Positions 37,527 through 49,000 of a stretch of DNA of 64,000 bases are shown piece after piece (the stretch's first letter is position 1; the number at the start of each line of letters is the position of its first letter). The translations under genes and the position numbers were made by a program. The stretch lies in the NCBI GenBank assembly GCA_905178155.1, contig CAJINV010000012.1, positions 735,368 through 799,367 of the forward strand, read 5' to 3'. The DNA is from Amoebophrya sp. A120 (taxonomy: Eukaryota; Protista; Dinoflagellata). The notes beneath the pieces are model-generated. The model was not told the origin of the DNA. It ran no database searches and saw nothing but the letters and a program-made list of their open reading frames with translations.

Positions 37527-38298
37527 CGAATTGGCAACTAGTCTGTTAGTACGTTACGTTAGTCTTTCTGCTACAGGACGAAACTCAAGTTTTTTCGCTA
37601 TCGGAGCAGACAGCAACTACTTCTACATTTACACGGGAGTCCAGAGAGGTGAGGGTCATCGAAGATTTCATACAACCTAAATTTTCTCTTCGTTGAAAGC
37701 TGGCTTCGAGCTGCTCCTGTCTTGATGAATGAATTGTCGTGGCGTGCTGTTTTGATATCTCACATAAAGCGATAAGAAGAAGAACTACTGATTGTTCTTC
37801 GTCTTGCTGTCTGAGCAACAGGATGTGATGTCGGAAATAAACTCTTCATCACGACGTCTCGAACAAGTAAGGAGGACGACACAAAATTTGGGTAAAAACA
37901 ATACAAATTCCACGACACCCAAAACGTAAAAAACGGACGCAAAATCATTTTTGCACGAACGATTAACGCTTTTTCTTGCCGAGTTGTGAACGATGGCTGG
38001 AGTAGCAGTACCTAAACGAGGACGACGACGATAACCACAACAAAACGACTTATACCAATGCACCGGAAACCTTCAACTTCAACTTCCTTGAAGGAAAGAG
38101 AGCGAATGCGCAGTGTGAAACAAATTCAAATGCTGGAAATCGTCGTATTGTCGTGACGAGGTGCTGTTGTATACATGCGGGCGAAGTGTTCATACTCCAT
38201 TTTTTTTTCCCTCTCCTAAAGAGACTACATCACTGGCCTCGTCGGCTGATAAAATTATGTTTAAGTAAGTGCGCACGACAAGAATATCGCGCATTTCG

Positions 38299-41156
38299 TC
38301 ACTTTCCAACCTTCTGCTTTTTCAGAGCAGGCTTTTCATCCTCTTCCTCGTCGTCGTCATCCGAAAGCAGCTCTACGGCGGAAGTGAGGTGCTGCTTAGC
38401 ATCTTGCTCGGTCTTGTTTCGTCCCTTATGTTCTACTTGTTGATCTGCGTTTGATGAGTCGTGGTGATCACGACCCTGCTGCTTGCTCTGTTTTTCTACC
38501 TGGAGGTCCACCTCCTCTTTCTTCACATTTTTCAAATCACACTCGACCGCGTTCACAGCGAAGAACTCAGGATAGTTTTCCTCGTTCCAGTCCTCTTGCG
38601 GCACAACAACGACCACGGCATCAAATTCGCACCCGACCTGCGACTCGTCGCAAAAGGTCAAGCGGGAGTCGTTTCTAACGTTCAATTTTCCCAGCGCCCA
38701 GTCTGGATGCAATCCCTCTTCCAAAGCCTCCTCGCAGGCGGTCGGGTAATCGGGATCGTAGATTTGCGCGAAAGAGTCCAGGTTTTGCAGGCTCACGCTG
38801 GGCTCGTGGAAGTGGAAATAGGACTTGAGGCAGACGGTTACAAACTCCGCGATGGTGGTTTTGTTTATCATCTCCTCCTCCGCCAAGTACAGTGTGACTT
38901 TTTTGCTGCTTTCCGACCCGTGCTCGCCGCAGACGAGGCAGTTAGGGTTGGGTTTCTGCAAGGGCCCGGAGGTGATGATGAAGTTGCCGCGTCGCGTTCT
39001 CGAAGGCTCCGGGTACTGGGGAAACGCGTCGCGGCAGAGGGAGTGGTTTATGGAAACGGCGGGGAAGGAGGTGGTCGCTGAAGACGGAGCAGGGGGAGGA
39101 GGCTCTTTTGTTGAGCTTGTCGTGTTCTTGTTCATCTTCACGTCGGGGGCCAGGAATCCGGCCGGGGGTGGTGCAGAAGTGAGGAAAAGGTCCTGCAGCA
39201 CGTTCCGTTGGGGCTGTCCTCGTCTAGTAGTCGTCGGGTTTTGATGCGGCTTTGCTGGCACGACGGTTGAGGCCGCTGGCCCTGAGGCTCCTGCTGTAGT
39301 AGATGAGTCCTGTGGTCCCCCGGTTCTTCCCGTAGTGCCTTTCGGGTTTTCATCCTGCTTGACGAGTTCCTCCAGCCTATCCGTAACCACCAAGTGCATC
39401 AAGTTTGCCACCTGCAGTCCGGCCACAATCGCGTTCGTGGTCGCGATCGCTGGTACGATGTTTCCAGCCATACTCGTGACTTCCCACTTCGTTTGAATCG
39501 GCTTGATGCTGTAATTGAGCGAGCGCAGATTCGACACTGCGGTGACGAAATCGACCGAGGTTTCGTTTTCCTTCGAGAAAGTCACTGTAGAAATGGTTTT
39601 ATCTCCGTCTTGTTTCTTCAACACTGCCACTGTGTCAACGACAGACTGGATAAGTTTCAACACCGTTCGTTTCGCCGTCCAAATTTTGTTCTGGTCCGAG
39701 TTCCAGTCGTATTGGGTCTTTTCCTTTTGGCAGAAATCGGCGAGAAGCTTCGCTATCTTTTTGGTCGTCGCTGTTGGCACGCCTGCTGGTCGTTGTGGGA
39801 TTTGTTCTTTCTGTAGTTCTAGTTCCTGCGCCTCTGTCGGGTTGGGCAGTAGTACTCCGTCGATCCCGGACTTCTGCATTCCGAGGGCCAAATCTGCTGG
39901 ATTCTCTTGATCGTCTTCCACGACCGTCTCGTCTGCCTCGACGACGGCGTCTTGTATGCTAACGGTAACGGCTCCTGGCTCATCTCCATCTCCTGCTGTA
40001 CAACTATCCACCAAAAGCAGTTCCTCCACTTTCTTCAACAATTTCGGTTTTGGTCTGCCCGCACTCCACGATTTTTTTATCTCCCCCGAAGAATACAGTG
40101 CCTGGATGTCGTCGCGAAAAAGCTTGTCGACTAGATTCAACGCGGCGGCGACGACAGAATCCGAATCGCCGTGATTTTGATTTTCATCTCCTGCAGATGT
40201 TGTTGATGATCCAGTTCCAGTTTTCCTTATCGCCAAAGAGTCCCTCAAATCGGATAAAACATTGCCAGTGTCGTCGCTGGGGCCGAACAGAGCGTCGAAC
40301 AAGTGTTTCGCCCAAGTGACACAGTGAATCGGCTTATCCGGCGTTTTGCGAATCGTGCAGACCGGGAACTTCTTCGGCTTTGGGCGGCTCAAGCACTCGT
40401 AGCATTCCGTTTTGTGCGGGATGTGCACAGTGGATTGCCCGGCGTAGCTGTTTTTGTTCAACATTTATTTCATCGGGAGTTTTTAATAACTTGATGGGAG
40501 CGCCTAAGAAGAACTACAGCAGGACGAGAGCACAAAAACATCATGTCCAGATCTCCAAAAACTATAACACACTGATGCTGAAGAAACAAAAAAACCATAA
40601 GTGCTTACCCAGTTGTCCCAGCCTCCAACAGCGGCATTCCTAGTCCAACGCAGACCCGATTGACGTGATGCCGCGCGCCAATGTTGTCCAGGCAGTTCAC
40701 TATCACGTCAAACTTCTTGAAAAATTCCATGTCGAAGGTTTTCACGTCTTGCCGGTGGCTCGTCAACTGTAAGTTCTCTAACTCGCCCACCGGAAGGAAT
40801 TTCTTTACCGTTTCACACGCCACGGAGGATTTCGACTGGTCGACGTGGTGCTTGCGGAACAGGAACTGGCGGTTGAGATTCGTCACATCTATGGTATCCA
40901 AATCCGTCACCTCGATCCTCCGGAACCCGTGCAGGACCAGATTTTTCAACACCTCGCACCCAATCCCCCCCGCGCCCACGACGAGAAGTTTGGTGTTCCG
41001 GATGGCTTCCTCGGAGGAGTTTCCCAGGATCTGGGCGAGGACGGAGGGTTTCGTGCGAGTAGGGTCGTGTTTATTGTCATGCTTTGTTTTTGCTGTCGTG
41101 CTGCCCGAGGAAGCGGAAGCCGCGCTCGTGCCCGTGACTGGGGGTGGCGGGGTCAT
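38299..41156 (-). CDS. UBA2: SUMO-activating enzyme subunit 2; one GT-AG intron (40448-40608)
   Basis: LVVGAGGIGCEVLKNL, DLDTIDVTNLNRQFLFR, EAGTTG|YAGQ, catalytic FPVCTIRKTPDKPIHCVTWAK, AGNIVPAIATTNAIVAG, PNPNCLVC, basic C-terminal NLS-like end. Confidence 0.93.
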
Positions 41157-41946
41157 GGTTTTTAGCTATGAGGTTTATATTGTGATCGTGTAGTAGTAGT
41201 TGTAATCGAATGAAAAACTAAACTCATATAATACGACGCGGAAATCTGGAATTATACTGGATCCCGGCTGTGTTCGCTGTCAAAATCAAAAAGGATCAGA
41301 AAAGTCATATCAATTGAAGCAGGTCGTGGCTGTGGATCAGGCCGAGACGAGCCCAAAAACCGGCAGAAAGTTGCAGCAAAAGTGCGAGGATCAAGAAAGT
41401 GCCTTGCTACAACGTTTGAAAAATTCCAAATGAGTTGGATTTGGAGCTCTTCGCTATCGTAAGATGTAAAGAAAAATGGTGAACAGAAGAGCGAAACCTT
41501 GATGGCCAGAAAAGAGGCGACGTTAGTTTAGGACTAGACGACGTCGCACCAATATCAACTCCGCTCTAGCAACCAACGTCATGAGTTGTTGCCGCTTTGT
41601 TTTTCTCTAGTACCTCTTCATCTTGCAATCGCAAGAAATTTCTCTGTTCATTTCGTCAAGTTTTGCATCTTCCAAAGTCAGCTCTTAGTACGAAAAAAAA
41701 TCTCAGATGGAGCATCATACTTTTTCGACAAATATCATACATTTCCACCACCAGACGCGGCTCCTGCAAACCATCCGGCTGCCTGTGGAGGTTCTTCGAT
41801 TTCCATCTAGTGTGTTTCTGTGTTCAAAGGTTCTTTTAGTCTCTGTTTGGGTCATTGGTTCAAATAAAAGTTCATTTTTGTGGTTGCTTTAGTTCTAATT
41901 TCTGCCGAGAAGCGACAAGACCTGCTGTCTATTAGCCTAGTTCTTA

Positions 41947-44900
41947 CTACTTCCAATACCGAATACTGAATTTCTTCCTAAATTCCCTGACATCCTTCCG
42001 CATTTGCTCGACCATATCAATTCCGCCTCCTTCTCCCCCACTGCTCTCGTTTCCGCCGGGACTCGCCCCCGGTATCTGTTCCCTCTTCCGCCCCCGCAAC
42101 TGCCGTCTCGCGTTATCCGCCTGCTCGGTTTCCCGCCGTCTCTGCGCTTCGAGGAAAGATTCCACTTTCCTTAACTTGATTTTCAGTTGCTCATCTTCAT
42201 CCACAAACCCGACGGAGGAGCTTGTTCTCGGCCGAGAGTTATCGGCTCCATCCGCTATACCGGTGAGTTTATTTCCCGAAGCACTCGCGGACTCGCTCGT
42301 CGCCGGTCTTTTCAGCAAACTTCCGTCCCGCGCGGAAATCTGCACGGAATTCGTGTACTTGTCCGTGCTGCCCCAATCCTTCCCCAATCTCGGATCCCGG
42401 GTCAATAACCCGTTACTCGATGTCACGGAATGCCCCATGGTGTCCTTCTTTCGCGTATCCACAGTAAATTTCCAGACACATACAAATGCAGTTTCTGCAT
42501 GACAAAGCTTCCCTTCAATTCTGTTTAGCATCACAAGTGGTATGCTCTGAGTCGGCAAAATTTGTGATGCATTTTGCACATGTGCGGGAAATTTGTATTG
42601 CATACCGCGCTAACGGACTGTCTTGCTCGAGGATGTGCAATGCGGTTTTTGGGGTTGGGGAACCCTCCTTGACCGCCTCGATGGTCCGCTGCTTCAAATT
42701 CTCGAATATGCAATACAAATTTCCCGTACATGTCCAGGACGCACCACAAACTTCACCAATTTGGAGGGTAAAACTTGTCATGCTAAACTAGGATCGAAGC
42801 CAAGTTTTGTCATGCAGAGACCGCTGCATTTGTACGTGTACGGGAAATTTACTGTGGATATCGAATTCTGGGAAATCGTGTTCGCCGTTAATTACCACAC
42901 ACTCCCGGAATAGCATCTGCTTTGTACAGCCCATGCACCGGACACCCTTGTTCTGCGGCACGACCCGGCGGATCAGGTTTTGTTGACCTCAAGTGTTTTT
43001 CTTTGTCATGGACAAATTGCATGACAGTTTTCCATTGCGTTGCCGATACACGCATGACACACTCATAAAAAATCCATCGACACAATTAATATACCTTCAT
43101 TCTGTTTCTCTAATTCCTTCAGCAATCTCTCCAGCTCTTCTTGTTTGTTCTGGAGCTGGTTCCGGATGTGCGTCATTTCATCTCCCTTTTCCTTGTATGA
43201 GAGTGCACGACTCCCCCTCCTCACTTTTTTTGCATGATCAGCAATGGAAACACCAGCGCACATGGAGCCTGCGCATGACACGTTCTTCACGCGCGTAGTG
43301 TAGTACTGAAAGTTTAGGCTCCTTCCAGAATCTGTCATGCAAACGGTGCCGCAAAGCAGCACTGCACTTAGATTTGGGATTTTGCATTACAAATGAGGGG
43401 GAGGAGGTTCTGTGCACTGTCGTACCTTGTTCAACTTGTCCAGTTTCTCCTGGTTCTCCGCATCCACCTATCAAAAGGAAAAATTCCCCCTCCCCATATC
43501 AAAACGGAAATCTGTGATGCAGATTTGTTGTCACAAATCAGCTTTGTCATGCTACACGGGGAAAGATGCGGACTGTAGTGCTGGGTGGCGTGGGGAAGCC
43601 TTGCATCTTCAGCATGATAGGAGGCAGCTGAGAGTGGGAAACAGCATGACAAATGGCTTGCAAACGAGGCCACGACTGCGGCTTTGGCCTTCTAGCATGA
43701 CAAGCCGATTTGTGACCTCAAATACAGCATCACAAATTTCGTTTTCGATAGGGGGAGGGGGGATTTTTCCTTTCGATACCACCGTCGCCAAATATTCGTT
43801 GTGCTTCCGGTACTCTTCGGCGACGTACTCATCGTGCTCCTTTTCCCTCTGCGTGATCCGGTCGCACGCCTCTTGGAGCTTCACCAACGCTTCGTCGCGA
43901 TCTCCCTCGATGGACTTTCTTTGTTCCTATCAAATGCAAACACCTCTGGGTCTGGAAACTTGTTGTAATGCTGGGTTAGGAATGGTGAATGCTCAGTAAT
44001 GCAAAGCCAATCATGAGAATGAAGTATTTGCACGGCTTAGTGTTGCGCTTTTCGCACGACAAGCTGCGGCTCTGCATGAGAAGCAAGACGGTCTCTTCTT
44101 GGACACGCAACACAAACTCTTCAGTCATGCCAGACAAGCATAACAAGCTACGCACTCGTCCAGACCCAGACATATTTGCAATGCATAGTTCCTCCAATTC
44201 CGCGATTTCCCGGAGCTTGTCGGTGAACTCAGCCAGGAGTTGGTCGTACCTGGATAGAGATAGGAAAGCTCTTGAATTTCTCATGCAAAAATGGCTTCCG
44301 AGAATCCTGCTGCATGCCTACTTATGCATGACAAAAGGAAAAGCATCATCAACCACGTGGCACAGATAATCTAGTACTTCCTCTGCGGTTCGATCGTCGC
44401 CTTCTCCACCTGTAACAACGGCACTTGGTCGTCCCACGTCTGCCACGCCTTCCGCATGATCACGTCGTCCGCGATACCCCACTGGCGCACTTTGCTCCAA
44501 GCCACGTCCCGACACTTTTGCTTCAGTTTCAGTTGCAAGTTTTTCTTGAACTCCACCAAGTTGTCGATATTCCGGAACAATTCTTCCTTCACCCGGATCC
44601 GTTCGCGGAGATCTAAAATCGATTTTTCCATGAAGTGCTTCATCTGCTCCAACTCGCTTGACGCTTTCAACGTGAACAGCAAATTCCTCGCGTCCTCGTA
44701 TTGATGCGCGGTCCGGAACAAATGCTCGATCCGTCTCAGTTTCTTGTGTCGTGTCCGGTTTGCGACCTTCATGACAAGGTCCTGTTGCGGTAAGGCTTTC
44801 ATGACGAGCGACTGGACGTGGATGGTCGGTTCGACCAGCTCGAGGCGACGGCGGTCAATGTAGGCACGGATTTCCTGATTTTTTTTGCCTCAGAAATTTG

Positions 44901-45480
44901 CCATGCATTACACAGAAAGCTAGCACCCAGTTTTTCTCATGCAGAGGCAGAAGTAGCAGATGAACATCGAAGTCGAACCAAAAAAATCATGTTATACCTC
45001 CCAATGCTGTCTGTGCACTTGGAACTCCCTTCGTTTCACCTCTTCGTCATCCTTACACCCATCGATCCGGTCTTGCGTGTTTTGGATTTCCTGTTCTAAC
45101 ATCAGGATGTTTTCGGTTTTTTGGAATAGCGTGTTTTTGTCGACGCCCGGGTTCATCCAGGGTTTGTCTGCGTTGTCGTCGTCCGGCATGTGGTGCTGGC
45201 CTTCGGAGAAGAAGAAGGTATCGTCGTCTGGCAGGTCATTTGTCATGCCGTTCCTGTTTGGCAGCTGCTGCTGCACCACCCGGGGGCAAAACATGTCTTC
45301 GTCGAGGTTGCGAAAATTCGTAGAGGCTACGACTGCCCTCGAGGTCGAGGAAGAGCTGGGCGTCCTGCCAGAAAGAACTGGCATCGTAGAAGACCTAGAC
45401 GTTGTCGTGCCACCTCCGCCGTCGTGCTGCATTCCGGACAAGGATTCCTCAGAGGGTGCAGAATTATTACCCCCGGCCAT
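41947..45480 (-). CDS. Coiled-coil protein of unknown function; 5 introners and 3 GT-AG introns (42988-43094, 44250-44377, 44875-44997)
   Basis: All eight junctions join in frame (HWE|EIRA, QR|KYDQ, LEE|QRKS, TV|DAEN, NK|EKGD, NE|GQQN, EF|ENLK, AR|KKDT...RYWK*); Glu/Lys/Gln-rich. Confidence 0.85.
42456..42604. mobile_element. Introner, family F
   Basis: Family-F TIRs; TSD TCGCG/CCGCG; opposite orientation to 42707. Confidence 0.9.
42707..42860. mobile_element. Introner, family F
   Basis: Family-F TIRs; perfect TSD TCGAA. Confidence 0.93.
43196..43424. mobile_element. Introner, family I
   Basis: Family-I TIRs; perfect TSD CCTTG (sense CAAGG, which yields a GT-AG intron by a 1-nt shift). Confidence 0.9.
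43469..43778. mobile_element. Introner, family L
   Basis: TIR TATC.AAAGGAAAAAT.CCCCCTCCCC.TATC; perfect TSD CCACC. Confidence 0.92.
43928..44187. mobile_element. Introner, family A
   Basis: Family-A TIRs; perfect TSD GTTCC. Confidence 0.92.
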
Positions 45481-46060
45481 TTTAATGTCCTTCCGAGACG
45501 AGGTCGCAGAGGTTTTCAATGAAAGACGATGCTTGTGCGGTGATCTTCGCCGTGCGCAATGAAGAAACACTACTTGTTCGACGTTGCTGCTCAATCAGTA
45601 CCACTATAATCGCATTGGACGATAAATCATCCTGCAACTAGAGGCTTTGGTGGGCATGGGTAGTTACCAAAAGGGCGACAGCACACGAAAGTGAGTTCAC
45701 CAGTGCCAGTCTCTTTGTTTTCTCTCTGCCACGACTCGCAGTTCCGTGAATAGAGTACGAACGCGAGGACACGAATCAATCGGAAGAAGAATGTTGAAAC
45801 GAAACACGATAATCCTCCTCAAAAAGCGGGCGTATCAAAAGAACAACGATCCTAGATGCGACGAGCGCACCGTGGCCTCGTTCGTCCTCCAGGCAGCCGC
45901 CACCTTCCGTATGGCTAGTGATGACTTTTTTTCAGCTCGTTGCGCGAGCTTCAAAGAAACCATGCGCTTTAGTTTTGGTTATGATTTCTTTCTTGCCGTG
46001 GTCGCTTAGAAGTAAGTGGCAGATGGTCGTGCTTCTTGAACAAGATTATCATCTGCTCTA

Positions 46061-49000
46061 CTATCCCGCCAGATCGTAGTTCAGTAACCCGCCGTCCGCC
46101 ACCGCCAATGTCAAGTCAAACACCAATCCCCCATCGGTCCATATCACCGGTATCCAAAACCACATCCTGTATGCGCCAATGAACGTGAACCAGGCGGGTT
46201 TTCGCGGGGACCCGAGGTTGACTTGTGTGAAGCGGAAAACCTGAATGGGTTTTCTTTCCGGAATTCTTCTTTATCATGCCAGACCGCTCGGGAGGTTTGG
46301 GGTTGGGACTCTCTTTAACGCAGCAGTATTACTTATCATATCATGGAACAAAGCAAACCACGTATAGATACGAAGTGTGGTTAAGATGAAGGCCTTTTAG
46401 AGTTGAACAAGCAAGATTGATCAAGAGGAACGACTACCTCCATCACGTTGACCCGATAGGCGTTAGGCAGCGCGTGTTTCACGGACAATTCGTAAAACAA
46501 CGTGTTGTTGACGTCCTCTGTCGCTTTGTGGAACCACCGCGTGATCTTCGTCCCGATTGCCTGAAGCCCGTCTTCCCTCTTACCTGAAGATAGATATTCC
46601 GTAGTAGTTTCGTGTCCATTTTTTATGTAGTTTGACTTTGTCATAATCATGCTAGTTTCGTTCCCACGACGTTTTTGTCATGCAGCAAGACCAAGCCTAC
46701 AGTGTCAGTCTCAGTGCCCGACTTCGAAGTATCGAAAAAATAAAAAAGCGAGATAGAGAAGCAATGAATACTATCAACAAAAATACTTTTCTGCTTCAAG
46801 TAGTCCCGATAGCTTTTCCCCGCTGCCGCCATGTATCTATCCAGAAGCCAGGACTTGAAAAACCCAGCCACGCCTGGGGGTAGCTCTACTTCATGCTGCC
46901 GGCGCGTGGTCTCTGCAGCTGCCTCCGAAACACTAGCGCGCCCCATTTAATTTTCCCCATATTGGGGCATGGGCCGCGGGCGTATAGATTCGCAGGCAGC
47001 GCGCCACATGGCTCAAGTTTTGAGCCGCATCGGACTGCGACCAGACAGACTCGCCTACCCTAGTCAATGGCCACGCCAGAGCCCGTCTACCGGATGCCCG
47101 CCAGGGAGGCGCCGCTGTCTGTCCAACATGAGGCCTCGTGCCTGCTGGCGCAAATTGGCCCCGTGCCTCTGTTGCAGACAGAGGACCAGGCAGAACGATC
47201 AGAAAACGCGCAGGCCAAAACGAAGCCGGGACGGGGCCAAAACGAAGCCAAAACGAAGCCAAAGCCATCCAAAAAAAAGACGGCCAACCCTTTCAACTTT
47301 TTGCCAGAAAGCAAAGGCCCAGAATCAGACCGCGGGGCCTCGTTTTGGCCTCGTTTGGGCCTCGTTTTGGCGTCGCTTCCACGAGGGCACGGCAAAGCGA
47401 GCCGGGCGGCGACCAAAGTGCCGAATTTTCCGCGTTCCCCTTCCAGACGCGAAACGCACTTGCCTGGCCTCGTTTTGGCTTCGTTTTGGCCTCGTTTTGG
47501 CTTCGTTTTGGCCTCGTTTTGGCTTCGTTTCGGCCTCGGCTTTTTTGCCCTTTGGCTTCGTTTTGGCCTCGTTTTGGCTTCGTTTTGGCCTCGGTTTTTT
47601 TGCCCTTTGGCTTCGTTTTGGCCTCGTTTTGGCTTCGGTTTTCCGGCAATGCCGACCAGGGGTGGTCGCGTGTAAATATCTACTGGACCAGAGTGCGCCC
47701 ATGCCCATTTGAATATCGCAGGCACTGCGCGGGGCATTGGGGCTTCGCATAGTAGCCAAAGGCAAGACGAAGGCGGCGCCCCCTCGGCATCCATGTGGGA
47801 AGCGCATAGCCCCGCGACGGCCAAAGCTTTTTGCGTTTCTTTGTAATGCCATGCGGCTCAAAAATTGAGCCCGGCGGCACGCTGCGTCGCAGGCTCCCCC
47901 GTATGCGTAACGCGACGCGCCCGGGCCCACAGCGCGCACAACACAAATGGCGCCCCGGCTTACATGCAGCAGAAGCCCCAAAGGCTGGGGGCCCTGCAAA
48001 CGCCTCGGCCGGCCACTATGGGAAAACTTGCCGATGTTTTGCGCTGGCAGAGGTGGGCCCTTGTAAAAGCTGCCCGACTGGCTTCGTTTTGGCTTCGTCC
48101 TGGTCTCGTTATCGTGCGAGGACGGTAACGTGGGTCGCCGTTTGTAATCTATCCAAAAACCAGGACTTGAAAAACCCAGCCACGCCCGGCGGACCAGCAG
48201 ATGTGGCAGGCTTGCCAGGACAGTCCACCAGCTGTGACAGACCTCCCATGGCGGACCAGCGGAGGCAGATCAGCCACGCAGGACAGACCAGCCACGGCGG
48301 AAAAGTAGCTGCTGCCGACCTTCCACGGCGGGCCAACTGTGGCAGACCGGGCACGGCGGGCCCGCAGCTGTGGCAGAGAGACCTACCATGGCGATGGCAG
48401 ACAAGCCACGGCGGACCCACCACAGAGGGCAAGCTGCGGCAGACCTGCCATGGCGGACCACCAGTCAGTGGCTGGCCGACCAACCAGGAGTGGCAGACCT
48501 GCCATGCATGGCGGGCCAGCAGTAGCAGTGCGTGGCCGACCTGCCACGGCAGACCAGCACCTGTGGCAGACCTGCACCGGCAAAAGAGTGCCTGCTTGGG
48601 CTTGCGCGCCGGTTCGCGCCATCAAGGGTCCCCCGGGGGTTTTCAATTTGTGTGATGTTTGTCGAGGTTGTGGAGCTTCTAGTGATTTTTTGGTTATCGG
48701 GAGGTGGTTGCTAGTAAAAAAGCGAGAAGCAGTACTATCAAAAAAATACTCTTCTGCTTCAAGTAGTCCCGATAGCTTTTCCCCGCTGCCGCCTATGACA
48801 CAAATAACTCAACCAAAGGCAATTTACCATCCCCCATCAAGCAAAAAAAATCAACACAGTAATCTACTTGTATTTGTAATGCAGCTAGTTAATCTGATCT
48901 AACTATCAGGCCACTAAACTAGCTAGCTAAGTAAGGTGTTTTTGCATGGTGAAAGGAGCCCGGAGACACAGTCTGTGTTGGTCCACGGATTCGGGCGAAT

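Larger units (their letters stand above)
26560..38040. repeat. Tandem gene-scale duplication (unit C ~26560-34140, unit D ~34140-38040)
   Basis: Homology covers the 5' flank (33660-34130 vs 37540-38030), CDS, intron and 3' flank (26580-26830 vs 34145-34400). Confidence 0.85.

Noticed and set aside
47005-47030. GGCTCAAG / TTTTGGCT as a dinoflagellate spliced-leader relic
   Set aside because: Only 8-nt matches within repeats, not at a gene 5' end; the full CCGTAGCCATTTTGGCTCAAG was not seen.
46969-48655. 200-270-aa ORFs on both strands
   Set aside because: Products of stop-poor tandem repeats and high GC inside an intron.
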